Origin: Catajapyx aquilonaris
Lineage: Eukaryota
Reading direction: 5' to 3'
DNA: 64,000 bases
NCBI GenBank assembly: GCA_000934665.2
Contig: KZ538110.1
Span: forward strand, 1-64,000
Positions 37,560 to 50,507 of this stretch are shown in pieces (positions within the stretch are counted from its first letter, which is position 1; each line of letters opens with the position of its first letter). The notes beneath the pieces were generated by a model, which was not told the origin of the DNA, did not search any database, and saw only the letters and a list, made by a program, of their open reading frames with translations. Position numbers and translations under genes: made by a program.

Positions 37560-37633
37560 TGCCCCGACCAGGATTCGAACCCGGGACCTTACCCTAAACC
37601 AGGGTCTGCTCTTACCAACTGAGCTATCGAGGC
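37560..37633 (-). pseudogene. tRNA-like cloverleaf (pseudo-tRNA or SINE head)
   Basis: GCCTCGA acceptor stem, GCTC/GAGC D stem, CCGGG-TTCGAAT-CCTGG T arm; anticodon loop TGGTTTA lacks U33. Confidence 0.6.
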
Positions 37634-37760
37634 TGCTATGTCACTTCCCTTCATCTGCCACAAGCAATCATTCCCTTTTCAAGGCACAGGATTGACACTA
37701 AATGAACATAACTGACACTAGAACCCCTCTCCTACATGCTCCCTACAGAACGAAGCCCAC

Positions 37761-37861
37761 CTGATGATCTTTGTGTTCTGCTTGATCCGCAGTGTCTCGG
37801 GGTCATCTGCCACTTGGGTGAACTTTCCTTTTGACCTTTCAAATTCAGCATGATAGATTGC
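37761..37861 (-). CDS. LASP1: Lasp coding exon 4 (AIYHAEFERSKGKFTQVADDPETLRIKQNTKIIS)
   Basis: tacag acceptor, AG|GTGGG donor; YHxEFExSKGK and VADDPE nebulin motifs. Confidence 0.95.
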
Positions 37862-37929
37862 CTGTATGGAGAGAAAATAACATTATTGAATGGCTCTTTG
37901 TAAGTGACTCTTTCTGTCAATGAAATTAC

Positions 37930-38014
37930 ATTTGACTGAAGCTTGGTGTTTTCCTGAATCCGCTTGAACTCAGGTGTCTCCACTACGGTTGTTGCTTTTG
38001 CTTTTGGTATATGC
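37930..38014 (-). CDS. LASP1: Lasp coding exon 3 (HIPKAKATTVVETPEFKRIQENTKLQSN)
   Basis: cccag acceptor, AAT|GTAAT donor; TPE..R...QS start of nebulin repeat. Confidence 0.95.
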
Positions 38015-38804
38015 CTGGGAAAGATGGAAAAATTAGGATAAGCATCACTACTTTTCCAAGAATATCCTATGCAGTAATAAATGTGCTGGAATAAATGATA
38101 TATTAATAAACAAATGGTGAATCCATACAATGCCCAATAATGACCAAGCAGAAAAAAAGGTCGCAAATTCCTTAGTGATTAAATTGTAGTCAATCAACTG
38201 TAGCTTTTAATATCCAAATGCAAATCCAATATATCCACTGCATTGTTGTATGTAATCCTTTCATGTAAAGAGGTACTTGCTTGTTGTAAGGAATTTTGTA
38301 AATTTTTCACCATGACTGTCTCACAGGATCCATCCACTATGGATCTCTTGCAAACTCATAACTCTAGGTCAAATACTATCATGAAAATGTGCCAACTCAT
38401 ATCTCAAAGTCCTTCAAACTTGGAAGGAGCTAGGTGTTTGAGGTACACCTTCCTACAACACTAACATTTGTCAAATGTAATGCCATTTTCATTAACTGCA
38501 ATACCGGCAGAAGCTGTTAAATTTTTTTTTTTTATTCGGCTACACATGTATCCTATCATATCATGTCAATTACGAATGAGGAGTCTTGTGTCAGGACACA
38601 TGGCTGCTGGGAAAGGCGGCTTGGCTATCACTGGGGTGAAGGAATTCCTAGCAAGTAATTCCTAGGAGTAAGCTGCAGGCCATATGAAGCAATGTCAAAG
38701 CTGATGATAAAGAAAACCAACATAAAAATTTGGAAGCTTTTCAATTTCCAAGACTATTGTACGAAGACAGTTTTTATGGCATGACTTTTCATGACAAAAT
38801 GATA

Positions 38805-39029
38805 CAGGTAGTCCCCAGTCTACGAACGGGGTTACGTTCCTGAAAATGTCCATATGTCGGATTTGTCGGATCCCTGAGGAACAGCGCATATATACAGTGA
38901 AAGAATCTGCTCCATCTAACCGCTTATATCACATGTGCTTGTTTTCATGCACAGAAGAACATAGTTTCCCAGTTATTTATTAATACGGATCACCGGAAGT
39001 TGGGTCGTTCGTACACCAGTGACTACCTG
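38805..39029. mobile_element. Tigger/pogo-like MITE
   Basis: TA|CAGGTAGTC..TACGAAC ... GTTCGTA..GACTACCTG|TA. Confidence 0.85.
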
Positions 39030-41756
39030 TACTTGCACAAATGTTTTGCAAACTCAAGACTTTCCATTACAGAAAGTTAAACAGATTAACACCTAACCAA
39101 GAAGTACTCCATCTTGAATGACTGTAATAAGTATTACTCCTCTCCATTACATTAGGCTACTCACTGATATCAGCACAGTTCCTGTACACTAAAACTAAGT
39201 CCATAATTTATTTGAAGTATCATGAGCAACAGCAGATTAATGCTTCTATGTACTGCCAGATTCCATCATGCAACACAATTTTCGAATTGACAAATTCGAA
39301 GAGACAGAAAGTATAAGAGATGTGGCTCATGGTGCTCGGAGCACTTGTTTACAGAAGAAAATGTGTCAGATGAGCAAGAGACTCTTTTGAGCATAGCACA
39401 CAGTTCCTGACACTTTCTCAGGAGGCTATTTGTAAACACTAGTTTACAGGCATTGCATACACACAACACAGGTGCTGAAATACACTATTCACACTGAAAT
39501 TGTTATCATCAAGATCAAAATAAATTCTAATGAGTTTTGAAGGGTTGAAGGAATGCTTTTATTTAACCTACTGCACATTGCATGAGTCTGTGAACCAGCA
39601 TGCTCCCCTCCAGGCAATATCTCCTGTTTCCTTATTTCAGATTCCCACCTTGCATTGCATTCCACGAACCTGCCATCCCAGCCGCCTTATGCATGTACCC
39701 TGCTTACTCCCTCACAATTGAGAATGACATCGTCCATCGGGAAGCTTGTCAGGTCACAGGCTCACGCAAAGTGCAGCAAGATGGACAGCAAAAATACTTC
39801 TCCTTAATAACTGCTTAATAATAAGCTGCTTAGTGACAAAAACTACTAACTGCTATGGACAATTCACCTTGTATACACTGTATTTTCAGTAGTAATGATA
39901 ATCCCACTAGTGCTTTCACCCCTCAGGGTTCATCAGTATAATATCGTCCAGTACTGTACCAGTAGAATAATGTTTGAGTGTTTACCAGTATATATTTCAG
40001 AATAACCCAGTGTAATTATGCAGCCAAAAATAAGCAATTTGGAAGGCCATTAGGAAAGCACCTTCTTGTGCATTAATGTATAGTAACATCTATCACATGG
40101 TTTTTAGCACCACCACACACCCCTCCCCTCCCTTGCCCACGCTCCAACATTAGGAGGCTGTCCTTCATACTTGACTATCAACGGAAGCAGACCTTTGAGG
40201 AAACTGTTTTCCCCTTGATAGCTCAACTGGCAGGTAGTCAATAATCCCCCCCCCCCACCCTCCCCTCCCCTTTCAAGCCACACCCAGTAATCTACTTGGG
40301 TGGTGCAAGTGTTGATTGCAACTGCCTTCCTGTCATTCCTCCTGAAATCTATTTACCAGTGGTCTCAAGCCTGGAGAAACAGTGTCACTCAAGTGAAGCC
40401 ACAGTAGCAGTATCAGCTATCAAAACCACTCACTTCAAATGAACTGATGAAGTGACAAGCTTGTGTTTGGTATCAATAGCCCTCTTGACAATGAGTATCT
40501 AAAAGTGACGTCCTCATTCCTCACCAGACCATTGGGATGTAAACCTACACTAACATCATCCTGATGACTGTTTAGGGCCACCTGTACCTCTCCTCTACTC
40601 TGGAGTATGATAAGCTGTCTTTCAGGATGTAAACTTGACTACCTCCCTCTAAGGCCTAAGCCATACCGAACAGAATTTATGAACCTAATATTTTCACTGC
40701 TTTTTTCGAACAGTACATTTTGCCAAGCCACACTGGTTGTAAACTGCCCAAATTGGGCTCCCTGCGATATCGCCGATTTATCACACCCACAAAAATAATG
40801 GACCACCAGCTGCGATAGTCGTATTTTAAATCGCCACGTTTGTCTGTAGATCGGGCTATTAGTTGAATCATCCCCGCCGTAATTTACGGACTTCTAAGCC
40901 CACCTGAATGTAACATCCCAATGCAATGTTGACGGCGCGCTCTTTACACAGCACAAGGTACCACACCCATTTACATGCACACGACTTGACGATGTTCCCC
41001 CGGCGCGGCGCCTTTAAAATACACCTCGATTATCACAATTTTTTTGTCGACAGTGAGGCTGGAATCACCCCCGGCAAAACGGACTTTCCCACCAAATCAT
41101 GCCCCGTCGCCTGGCATATTTTGCCCTCGTTTTGCCTGTTTGTCGCCTGTGCGTTTCAATTGGTTTGGCATGTTGGCTACATGCTGTGCCCTTTCCATGC
41201 TCCGAGGATGTTTGCACAGCTCGAGCCAATGATAAGCAACAATGTGACCGACATGCAAGTCCCCCTCCGACTCTGGATGCTACAGTCACCGACCCACATT
41301 CTTCCCGCCAAGGAATGCCGCTGCCGGCCCCATTGTTACTCACCTTCCTATCATCACCTACGGGCCTGGGTCATTGTTTTCCTCTCCGGCGGCATGGAAT
41401 CCCATGCAAGCACGCGCCATCCCGTCACATGACTAAAGACGCAACATACACACACGTTACCATTCACCGGCACCACTCGATTTCGAATGAGATCGAAATT
41501 CGTGGCTGCTGAATGGAAAGTCAATGGAATTGAACCGAATGAAATCGAATGGGCAGCGGGTGGAACCTGAGCGGAACCCGGTGCAGTCATGAATCTCATG
41601 ATATGCGAATTCACGTAAAAAGTGAATGGTGACCGTCACTGTCCGTTACACTCTTCCCGGCGCGGTTTTCTTTCGCATAAAAAAGCCTCCCTGGAGTGGT
41701 TCCAAAGTCTGGTGCGTGTAATACTTCAGTAAGCTTATTACTTTTGTCTTATGGAG

Positions 41757-41793
41757 CACGGCCGCTTGAAGAGCAACTCTTCAAGCGGCCGTG
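41757..41793. mobile_element. 37-bp hairpin mini-element
   Basis: Perfect 17-bp TIR CACGGCCGCTTGAAGAG, 3-nt loop, perfect 8-bp TSD ttatggag. Confidence 0.8.
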
Positions 41794-44109
41794 TTATGGA
41801 GCATGTGTCTCGGCATGGTGTTATGAAGGTCAGGTCAAATACATCTGACACATACCAAAAACTTTTAAGTGGATTGAAGGCCTAGGAGGAAAAAAAAAAA
41901 GTTCCTAATAGCCGCATAAAAAATCTTCCCATTGTCTGTACTGTCAAGCGTGTCAGCATTATTTTCTTTTCTTTTACAGGACCCACAAGCGAAATGGGGG
42001 TAACGGGAAGATTTTTGGTGCAAGACCAGCGCAAATTTTGCCAAATGAACCAAAAGGTAGATGGTTAAAACTGTCGGCGTGATTCTTGCATATATTGTTA
42101 TCGGATTAGATCATGCAGCAGAACTATTCGACACCTCAACATATAAGTGAAGGATACATTTTCTCAATAATACCGCAAGTAGAATCTTTTATGTTCTAGG
42201 AAGACGCCCAAACGTGACACCCGACAAGCCGCCCCCCAGTCTCCAGTACAGTATCATCAGAGACACTGGATACACTGCAATGTGGCCAGTACCAGTAATC
42301 AAATTATACCTGCATGGCCATGGCTAGTTGCATACAAGTATGCTAATGAATGCCCTTGCTCCTTCTCCACGAAACGCGCGCAAGGAATGCCATTAAAAAT
42401 TTTCCCAACATTTTACAACCCCCTTCCTCCATAACTCCGCATGTAAGTCTGCTGTGGGTCCTGAAATCTCCAGAACATCCAGAGGTCAACACTTCCTGTG
42501 TCCAAATAACCGAAACGCACCGCTTACTTCGGTCTGCCCCCCTTCTTTTAAAATATGAACCACCTGGAAGACGCAGTTGTCTCTCTTTGTCACATCTACC
42601 AACTGCAATCCCGATGAGCTCCTTTAAAATAGCACCATCGGCTGCAAAACGCAGCTTTCCCTCTGCCTCGTTCGTTGCTTTTCTATTAATCCTCGCCCCC
42701 ATTCATCAGGCTGCACAAGGTGGCCTTCATATCTTCCTTGATAACGAGGTCTCGCTCATATAGCCACTGTCGGCATATTGCCCCTCAGACCATTGGGCAA
42801 CGTGTGAAAACGACGTCACAAGCTGACCCGCACCTGCAGCAAGGTCACCATCCAAATCTATAGGCAACTCCACCCATATCTTAACAATTCATCACAAGGG
42901 GTGTCCTTAACTCCGCCTCCCCGCAAAAATCGCTATATATGAATGAAACACCGAAATTGGGATTAATCCAGTCCAGGAAAAAAAGTGCAATCCAAATTGC
43001 ACAAGTCCGGCCGTGGGCAACAATTAGGCCGACCCTGACCACAAAACCCACAACGTGACGCCGGAAGTGGCCAACTTGGCAGCTCTCGACCACCACATAT
43101 ACATGCATTTCCTGCAGAACAGGCGCCACATTGTTACCTCATTTCTAACGGCTCTTCATTCTCGGGGCCCCTTACGTCAAGCCCAATGTTTTAATGAGAA
43201 TCATTATTTTTAGTGGGATGTGGCGACAAGTGCCTAGCTCTTTTTTTCTTTTTTCTTTTTTTCTTTTTTGCGCCGACCACTGCATGGGGAGGACAATGCA
43301 CGAAGTCTCCGTGACTCATTAAATTTCATGCCTCCTCGATGTGGCGTCACTGAAGGTTCCCAAAGCCACTTCCGACTTGGCGGCATCATTTCATTCACTT
43401 ACTGTACCATCCCCTTCTGGTCTAAAGAATATTAATAAGGATCCGAATATTGCCTCTGGATGACCATTCCCTTTTCGTGGTCCTCATGTGCATAGGGAAC
43501 TGCGCTATGCCTGGAACTGTGTATTGTACTGTACAAGACTAACATGTATATGTAAAGTCTCACGCCCTTTCTTAGTTTTGTATTTGTTTTTTGAAATAGA
43601 TGCTTGGCTGCTTGAACCTCGCTGAAAGTCTAGACTGGAGTGATTTATTCTGGACGTAGAGTGTGGGCAATGCAGCTGTAGAATACGATAGCAGCCACCT
43701 ATGAACCCAGCTATCTTGACAGGTGATCTCCTTTCTCCACATATGCTATGCCAGCACACCACACTGGTTGGTTATTTTTAGTTTTACACTTCCTTGGTTG
43801 GGAGAAAAAGCTATACACATGTGACACCTCTTCCTGCTTATTCTCTTTCAAAGCGGTTGTGTTAGCGCAGTTATTCATCTGCAGGAGGGACAATACCGCA
43901 TTTTTAAATCTGTCACCGAGCTCCTAAGTACATTCGGACCCGTTAGGCCAATAATTGTCCTTCAGCTTCACCTTCGAGTCAAGGATTTTCTCACACTATC
44001 CCTCGGGTCATGGGCGTTTCAGTCATATACAATCGTACCGTATAAGCATAACTTGACATTTACTACATAACATTTCACGCATTTATGGAATGTGTAACAA
44101 TGTACTTAC

Positions 44110-44204
44110 GCCTCACAGTAGGGATGCTTGTTGAAGCCCTTGTAGTTGCGCATGTTGAGCGCCATGTTGCACACTTGGCACTTGAAACAGGCCTTGTGCC
44201 ATAC
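44110..44204 (-). CDS. LASP1: Lasp coding exon 2 ([32 protein letters not shown])
   Basis: tacag acceptor, GC|GTAAGT donor; WHKACFxC..C and YKG..PYC LIM motifs. Confidence 0.95.
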
Positions 44205-44782
44205 CTGTAACCAAAAAAAAACATTGATGTTTAAAATTCAAACACTTATTAACACATTGGCCGATATTTGCCCTGCGGAAGCAATTATACGCAGCTGACT
44301 CCGCCAAGTAGCTCAAGGTCTTTTCATAGCAGGTGTTTGCCATTGTTTCACTTCATACAAGGCTGACTTAAACAGAAGTGACAGTCGGATTCGCCGACGT
44401 GATTTCGAACGCCTTCCGAACCATTGTTGCGAAAGTCCCGCCATCAATTTCGACCAAACTCTGACCTTGCCCGCACTTGCATAACCGAGTATCACTTTGC
44501 AGTGGTTGACTGTGACGAAAACAAGAGTGCGTCCCATTCTTGTAAAATCATCTGTGAATTAGCCTCTAATGATGCTGAGAGGAACATATGGTGCCATGAC
44601 TCCAGAACCAATCTGGAATGCGATGTTATGCAGCAATGTCATGCTTTTACACCCTAACAGCGGAGCTTTAGAGAATTGTGGAATGGAACGTTTGCATATA
44701 ATTTATCCAAGACACGACGTTAAGTACGTTTCACTGGTGGCTATAACAAAAAATCATCAACATGAAAAAATTATACTCCATG

Positions 44783-45165
44783 TTGTCCTATCTATTGCGG
44801 TATTGCGGGAATCCGCAATAAAAATACGCAATTTTGCAATTTCCCCCGTTTAATATCGCCAATGAAGATGCCAGTAACCTGAGATTTTTTTCTTTTAATT
44901 CTACGAATTTATTGAATTAATGAAATACGGTTAGGCATTGCCATGCCCAATTTGAAGGGGACTTGTCATGTGTAACCAGCGTTTTAAAGTCGACTGTTAA
45001 ATATCACCTTCAATTAACATTACTCAACTCTAAAATGCGGGCATTATAAACATTGCCAGAAAAATAACAATTATCACTGGCTTCTGCAGCGATATGAAAT
45101 CGGAAAAAATTGCGAATTGCGAATTTCAAATGCGGATTTTCGCAATGCCACAATGGATCGGACAA
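44783..45165. mobile_element. Diverged MITE-like inverted repeat
   Basis: ttgtcctatctattgcggtattgcg... versus ...cgcaatgccacaatggatcggacaa; TSD not resolved. Confidence 0.5.
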
Positions 45166-48100
45166 AAGTGAGCTTCCGCGTCTCATCTTACATTAAGAAC
45201 AACTTCCACTAAAATTGTGGCGGGTATCTTTATTTCCTGCAATAATTGAAGGAAATAAAGATACCCGCCACAATTATACTTATATTATACTTATATATTA
45301 ATTCATTCGGATAATTATGATCCTAATGAATTAATATATAAGTTTGCTGTCAGCATATTACAATGATCTCCCAATAATTACAGGCACGTCAAACATAACC
45401 GCAAAAATTAAGAAAGGTGCGGTTATAAGGAAACAGTCAAGTCTGAAAACTCAATGACATGGGCAAGAAAAAACACCTCCGTCGAAAATGTCAAGTGAAA
45501 TACAACGCCACTTGGACCATTAACCGCAAGTCAATTCACGACATGCACACATTCCAACCATTATGGAGCAGATAACATTGCCTAGGAGCCAACTCCCATC
45601 TCGCCATATTAAATACACAATTCTTCCACCCCTCTCAACCACCATAACATTCACTTATCCCCAGAAACCTGGAAGTAGCCCGCTTTTCTGCAAAACGCAC
45701 TTCTATATGCGATTGTTCTCTGATGCAGTGACGTCTCCGCATCGCCACGTGCAGCAAACCATAACTCGAAAAACAAACCGGCATCCGCCAAGAACTACTC
45801 TGAAGAGGTTCGCTTTCATTGGCCTGCAACCTCGCAAAAACTGGACGGGGTAACATAATACAGATTACGGGCACACAAAGTGGCTCTTGTTGCACCTCGT
45901 CACGCCTCATCAATAGTATCGAATGTGAAAGTCCACCTCACTTTCTTCAGCCCTGAAAAAGCCAGCAAGGCACATCCAACGCACACACTGTCGCATCCGC
46001 CCAAGTGGGTCATCATTATTACTGTTCACCGCCAATGAATGGCTTTTCATTGGAATGTGCCCAGAGTAGTAACCCACCTCTATATGTGGGCCAGCAAGCA
46101 TGAAGAGAAAGCTTTTCCCCTCCCCACCTCCTCTCTCACCTTGCTCCCCGCATCGTACTGAGAACCACCCCCCTTTCACATTCATCCTTTTAGGGTAAAG
46201 GAGCCACCGGCTGGGTTCGCACTTGCAATAAGCAATCCCTCAAACAAGCACAAGGAAAACACCTTCATGCCCTTGCGATTGGTGCCTGCCTCGCGTGCCC
46301 TAATCATTTTGTACTAGGTCCGACGGTGGTCCTAGCCTGCTGGGGGCACAATATGCAGGAGCAATTGACCCCTCGAGTGCCATGTGTGAGCATCAAACGA
46401 CCTGCCCTCTGTATTATGGACCATTAGTGGATTTGCCAGTGGGCGGGAACAGGGGTCAGTGTATGAGGGACAAAACGGCACCACGTCACATCGCTTTTTT
46501 TCCCCCCCTTCCAAACCTCTAATAGCTCATTTCCGCAGTTGTTTGTCGCCACGCTTCTTTTGGCGCCAACATCGTTGACGTATTGCTATCGCCGCTATCA
46601 GTGACTGACCTCAACTGTGATTACGGATGAAACGTCTTTATTTATTTTTATAACGGCGCGAAACAATTTGGCCCTCCGCATTACCAAGCGTTATTTCGTC
46701 TGGAAATCTTGCATAACTGCCGGTTACCCTCACAAGCCTATCTTTAAACCCACAACCCTCTTCGAATACTGTGCACCGGAACGGGAAGTATAAATATCCG
46801 GAACGCCGGAAGCTTCTATATTTTCGGGTGCTGGAACACCCTTTTCTTCTCCCTCCCCTCCACCATCTTCTGGAGAGTGTCGGGGCTCATGGCCTTTTTG
46901 GGTATTTGGCTACATGCTGCCAAGATGACTCACTCCTTTCCCCCAACAGCCCCTATGTCTGGAAGCAATGGCCGTCGAGGAAGAGGAGGGGAGGAACACA
47001 CACAAAAAAAATAAAGAGTTCGCACAACACCGCCCAAGCCTCATACCATCTGTGTGCCATCCACTCACTCGTGGCTGCGCATCAATGCTTTCAGAATTAG
47101 CTCCATGTTGAATAATAGGCTGGTAGTCATAACATCCAACAGAAATGTGCTCAAGTGGCATAAGTGCAATGAGAGTAATTCTGCCACACATGTACTACCA
47201 CCCTGGCTGCAATTTATTGCATTCGTTTTGTCTACCAGAGCACATCCACTTTGGTGTCACCCCCAATGCATATTTTCGTACCCTTGGACAATCAGTGCAG
47301 TGACTCATCAATAAACAAAATGATCAACTTTTTTTCCCCTTGGGAACCAGGCAATGAATTCCGGACATGACTCATGTGGGAAGGGATGGCATTAACGGGC
47401 ATTAAATCTGAATTCTAGTGTCAGGCGAATCAGCATAAAATATGTCATCAAGGGTGACTACTGTGAACCTGTCAGCTTGCTAGATACGAGGTTGGACAGT
47501 TGGACACATCCCCAAATATTGCAATCAACCTTTGAACCTGTGCTAGAAAGCAGCGTCATAGCAAAGCCACTTCAATGTGCAATCATCCTACAAAATTAAT
47601 GTGCACGTTCAGCAAATGTACTTTCGTGCCAATGTGCACATGATATGGACACGCGATAGCAGATGTGAGGAGAGGTCAAGTCCATAAAAAGCTTCTGGGT
47701 GCAAAGGCATGTTGTTATCAAACAACTGAAAGCCACTTCCTCGTACAATTAGCTATCAGATGACCCAAACATCTGCCCATGCAAGACGCATAAAATACGT
47801 CCTGAAAGAAACCATTGTTATGCTTCTGAATGTTTTCAAAGCAATGCTGTCAGGCTATAAATTCTCTCGGCCTACAACATTCCAATTGTACCACGCAATC
47901 AGGTCCTGCTACAAGATCAGGTTCAGCACTGCTTACTTTTCCCCTGTCAAACATGCCAGACTCTACCAATTCCTGCACAATTTGTTCATGAAAAATAGCA
48001 CCCACACCAGTAGGGCAAACACTTCCAAGTGTTTATCTAGCAATAGCAATGCCGCTACAAAACAAGCATGATCTCAGATAAGATAAGCCTAGTCTACAAA

Positions 48101-48431
48101 AAAATGTCTCTTCCCAAGTACAGCAGCCAATGACACTTGTTGTACCTCTCTGCAACAGACATGTTGACACCCTGCATGAGGTACTGACACCTGTTCAATC
48201 TATTTCGAACATGCGCCGGGCTATTTCTGACCGGCTCATTACAGTAACAACCACCTGATGCACAAGTGCTTGCCAAAACCACGTTGCACCGGATGGGCCC
48301 AATGTTCGGGACAAAACCGTGTGGGCAAAAAAAAAAAAAAAAAAAANATGCCAGCACCATCTTTTCTTGCCATTTTTAATTTGTTCTTTCTCTCCCCCTC
48401 CCCTCCCCTCCCCCTCCTCCCGTCTACTGAC

Positions 48432-48500
48432 CTTGTCGAGGCACTTCAACTCTTCCAGCGGGTACACCGTCTTTTCACACCTCGCGCACTGCTTGTTCAT
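48432..48500 (-). CDS. LASP1: Lasp coding exon 1 (MNKQCARCEKTVYPLEELKCLDK)
   Basis: ATG at 48500, AAG|GTCAGT donor; start of the LIM domain typical of LASP. Confidence 0.95.
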
Positions 48501-49086
48501 GTCTGCGTCGTGGTCTTAGAAACGTCTACAACACCACACCGAGCCTATCTAACTCGATAGTCACATGAGACGGGGAGAGGGAAAGCTGCTCGTCCAACGC
48601 CCAGTCCACTCGCCCACCATCCGACACCGACTAGGAGGGGGGAAAAAATGCACTTCAAAAATGGAGGAGCCGCACGACTCACCTAGTCATCCACAATACT
48701 CTCATGTTTTCAAGTTGCGTGTACATACTTTTAGAGTGATGGTAAATTATTGATATATTTTATAAACGTAAAATTTGGTATGCATTTTATCCAAACCGGT
48801 GTTAAAACCTGAAAGTGATGATGTAGTTCTATATTTGACGCACAGATGGCAGCAAGAGACCATGAGTGTAAATTTGCAATGTCATGCAGTCAGAGCCATC
48901 TAGCTTTTATATTTAAAAAGAAGCGGCCGAAGCGCGGTTTTTCTGTGGTGCCTCGTCGTACTTCGAATTTAATTCGTTCCAGTAAGTCGTTTTCACTCCG
49001 AATTGTTCGAACTCCGAATCAGTTTTTCCCATAAGAAATAATTGAAAGTGAATTAATCCTTTCCCAGACCCGCCCAGTCCCTAAGT

Positions 49087-49315
49087 CAGTGGTTCCCAAC
49101 CTGGGGGCCATGGAGAAGGTTGAGGGGCCGCGGTTATTTTTATAAATTAAAAAATAACTAAAATGAAAAAAAAATTGAAAAAATTAGGAAATTTCATGAC
49201 GAATGTTTGTTTCAACATCTACTAACACTCGGGCGGGGGGAAGGGGGGGTGGTGTCGCAGGTTACTTGACTATCATAAAAGGGGGTCGCGACCCGAAAAA
49301 GGTTGGGAGCCCCTG
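49087..49315. mobile_element. hAT (Charlie-like) MITE
   Basis: CAGTGGTTCCCAACCT ... AGGTTGGGAGCCCCTG; TSD ccctaagt/ccctaagc. Confidence 0.82.
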
Positions 49316-49324
49316 CCCTAAGCA

Positions 49325-49584
49325 CATAGAGGCATAGACCTTACTAGTTTAGTTTAGTTTAGTTTATTCGGAAGAAGCCAAAGCAACTAGGCTATCTGGC
49401 TGTAAGAATGCAAAGGTTCGTGGGACAAATGGAGAGAGAAACGAAGAGGAAAAAGAAGAGAGGAAAGACTGTCTCGTGTCTCCTATCCCAAAGACCTGTC
49501 CGGCTTGGGTGGCCCTGCCCGTAGACGAAGCTACCGCCGCATAGCTCTTGGGGTCACGGGAGAAACGCAAACAAAAGGTCTATG
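49325..49584. mobile_element. P-like CATAGA-ended mini-element containing a retroposon fragment
   Basis: CATAGA..CATAGACCTT ... AAGGTCTATG; TSD cctaagca/cctaaaca; internal minus-strand insert with (TAAAC)n tail. Confidence 0.6.
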
Positions 49585-50234
49585 CCTAAACACTACCAAT
49601 TTTGATAAACTTAAACAGCAAATACCCACAATTTCAGAAAAACATAACACGATTAAATGCCCTTGAGCCTAGATAATAAATTAAAACACGGAAGCAATAA
49701 ATAAAATACTTAAATATACAGTCCAATAACATGGAAATTGCAATTACTATACAAGTGAGAAGTCGGGTGGCTGGTGGAGAGGAAGAGTCACCTTCCATTA
49801 TACAGTAGCCTATACTGTATATAACCTAACCCACCAACAATAAAGCGATAAAAACACTGAAAACACACGAGAGTAACGCAAGAAATGCTTTCACAGAGAG
49901 AGCGAGACACGACTTGGGCAGTTGGGCGCACAACAGATGATCTTTACGCAGCAGCGAGCATATTTTTTTCAACGCGAGTGCAGTTCGAACTTAGAAGCAT
50001 CGTTCGAACTCAGGAACAAATTTCTCTCGAAATGAGCGTTCGAACTCTGGAACGTTCGAAGTGAGGGGCGTTCGAAATACGAGGCATCGCTGTAATTGTG
50101 TCATAATGGTGAGGACTGCACAGTATTCTTTGTATCATAATATTCTGGTGTATAAAAGCGCAAGAGAAGATCTACTTTGCCACTTCGTTGCTAGTGGTAA
50201 TGGCCTGCCTATTATAGAGTATAATTATCATAGA

Positions 50235-50507
50235 TGTTAGGCTCAAACCCCGAAAACGGCCATTGGGCGAAAAAAAACGTCCATACCGCAGAATGCTCCT
50301 TGTCCAACCATCCATTCTGCAGAATGGGCGGTTTGACATGGAGCATTCTGCGGTCTGGACGTTTTAAACCGTCCATTCTGCAGAATGGACGTTTTAATGA
50401 AACGGCCAGACCGCGAAATGCTGCGGAATGGATGGTTTGGCATAGAGCATTTTGCAGTATGGACGTTTTTTTCACCCAATGGCCATTTTCCGGGTTTGAG
50501 CCTAACA
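50235..50507. mobile_element. Palindromic MITE with TGT...ACA ends and 4-bp TSD (Ginger-like)
   Basis: TAGA|TGTTAGGCTCAAACCC ... GGGTTTGAGCCTAACA|TAGA; internal CCATTCTGCAGAATGG palindromes. Confidence 0.82.

Larger units (their letters stand above)
48943..50092. mobile_element. Tigger/pogo-like element with nested insertions
   Basis: CTGTGGTGCCTCGT..TTCGAA ... TTCGAAATACGAGGCATCGCTG|TA; repeated GTTCGAAC motifs. Confidence 0.7.

Noticed and set aside
40926..42763. Several 119-168 aa ORFs in Lasp intron 2
   Set aside because: No recognisable motifs; overlapping on both strands; lengths expected by chance
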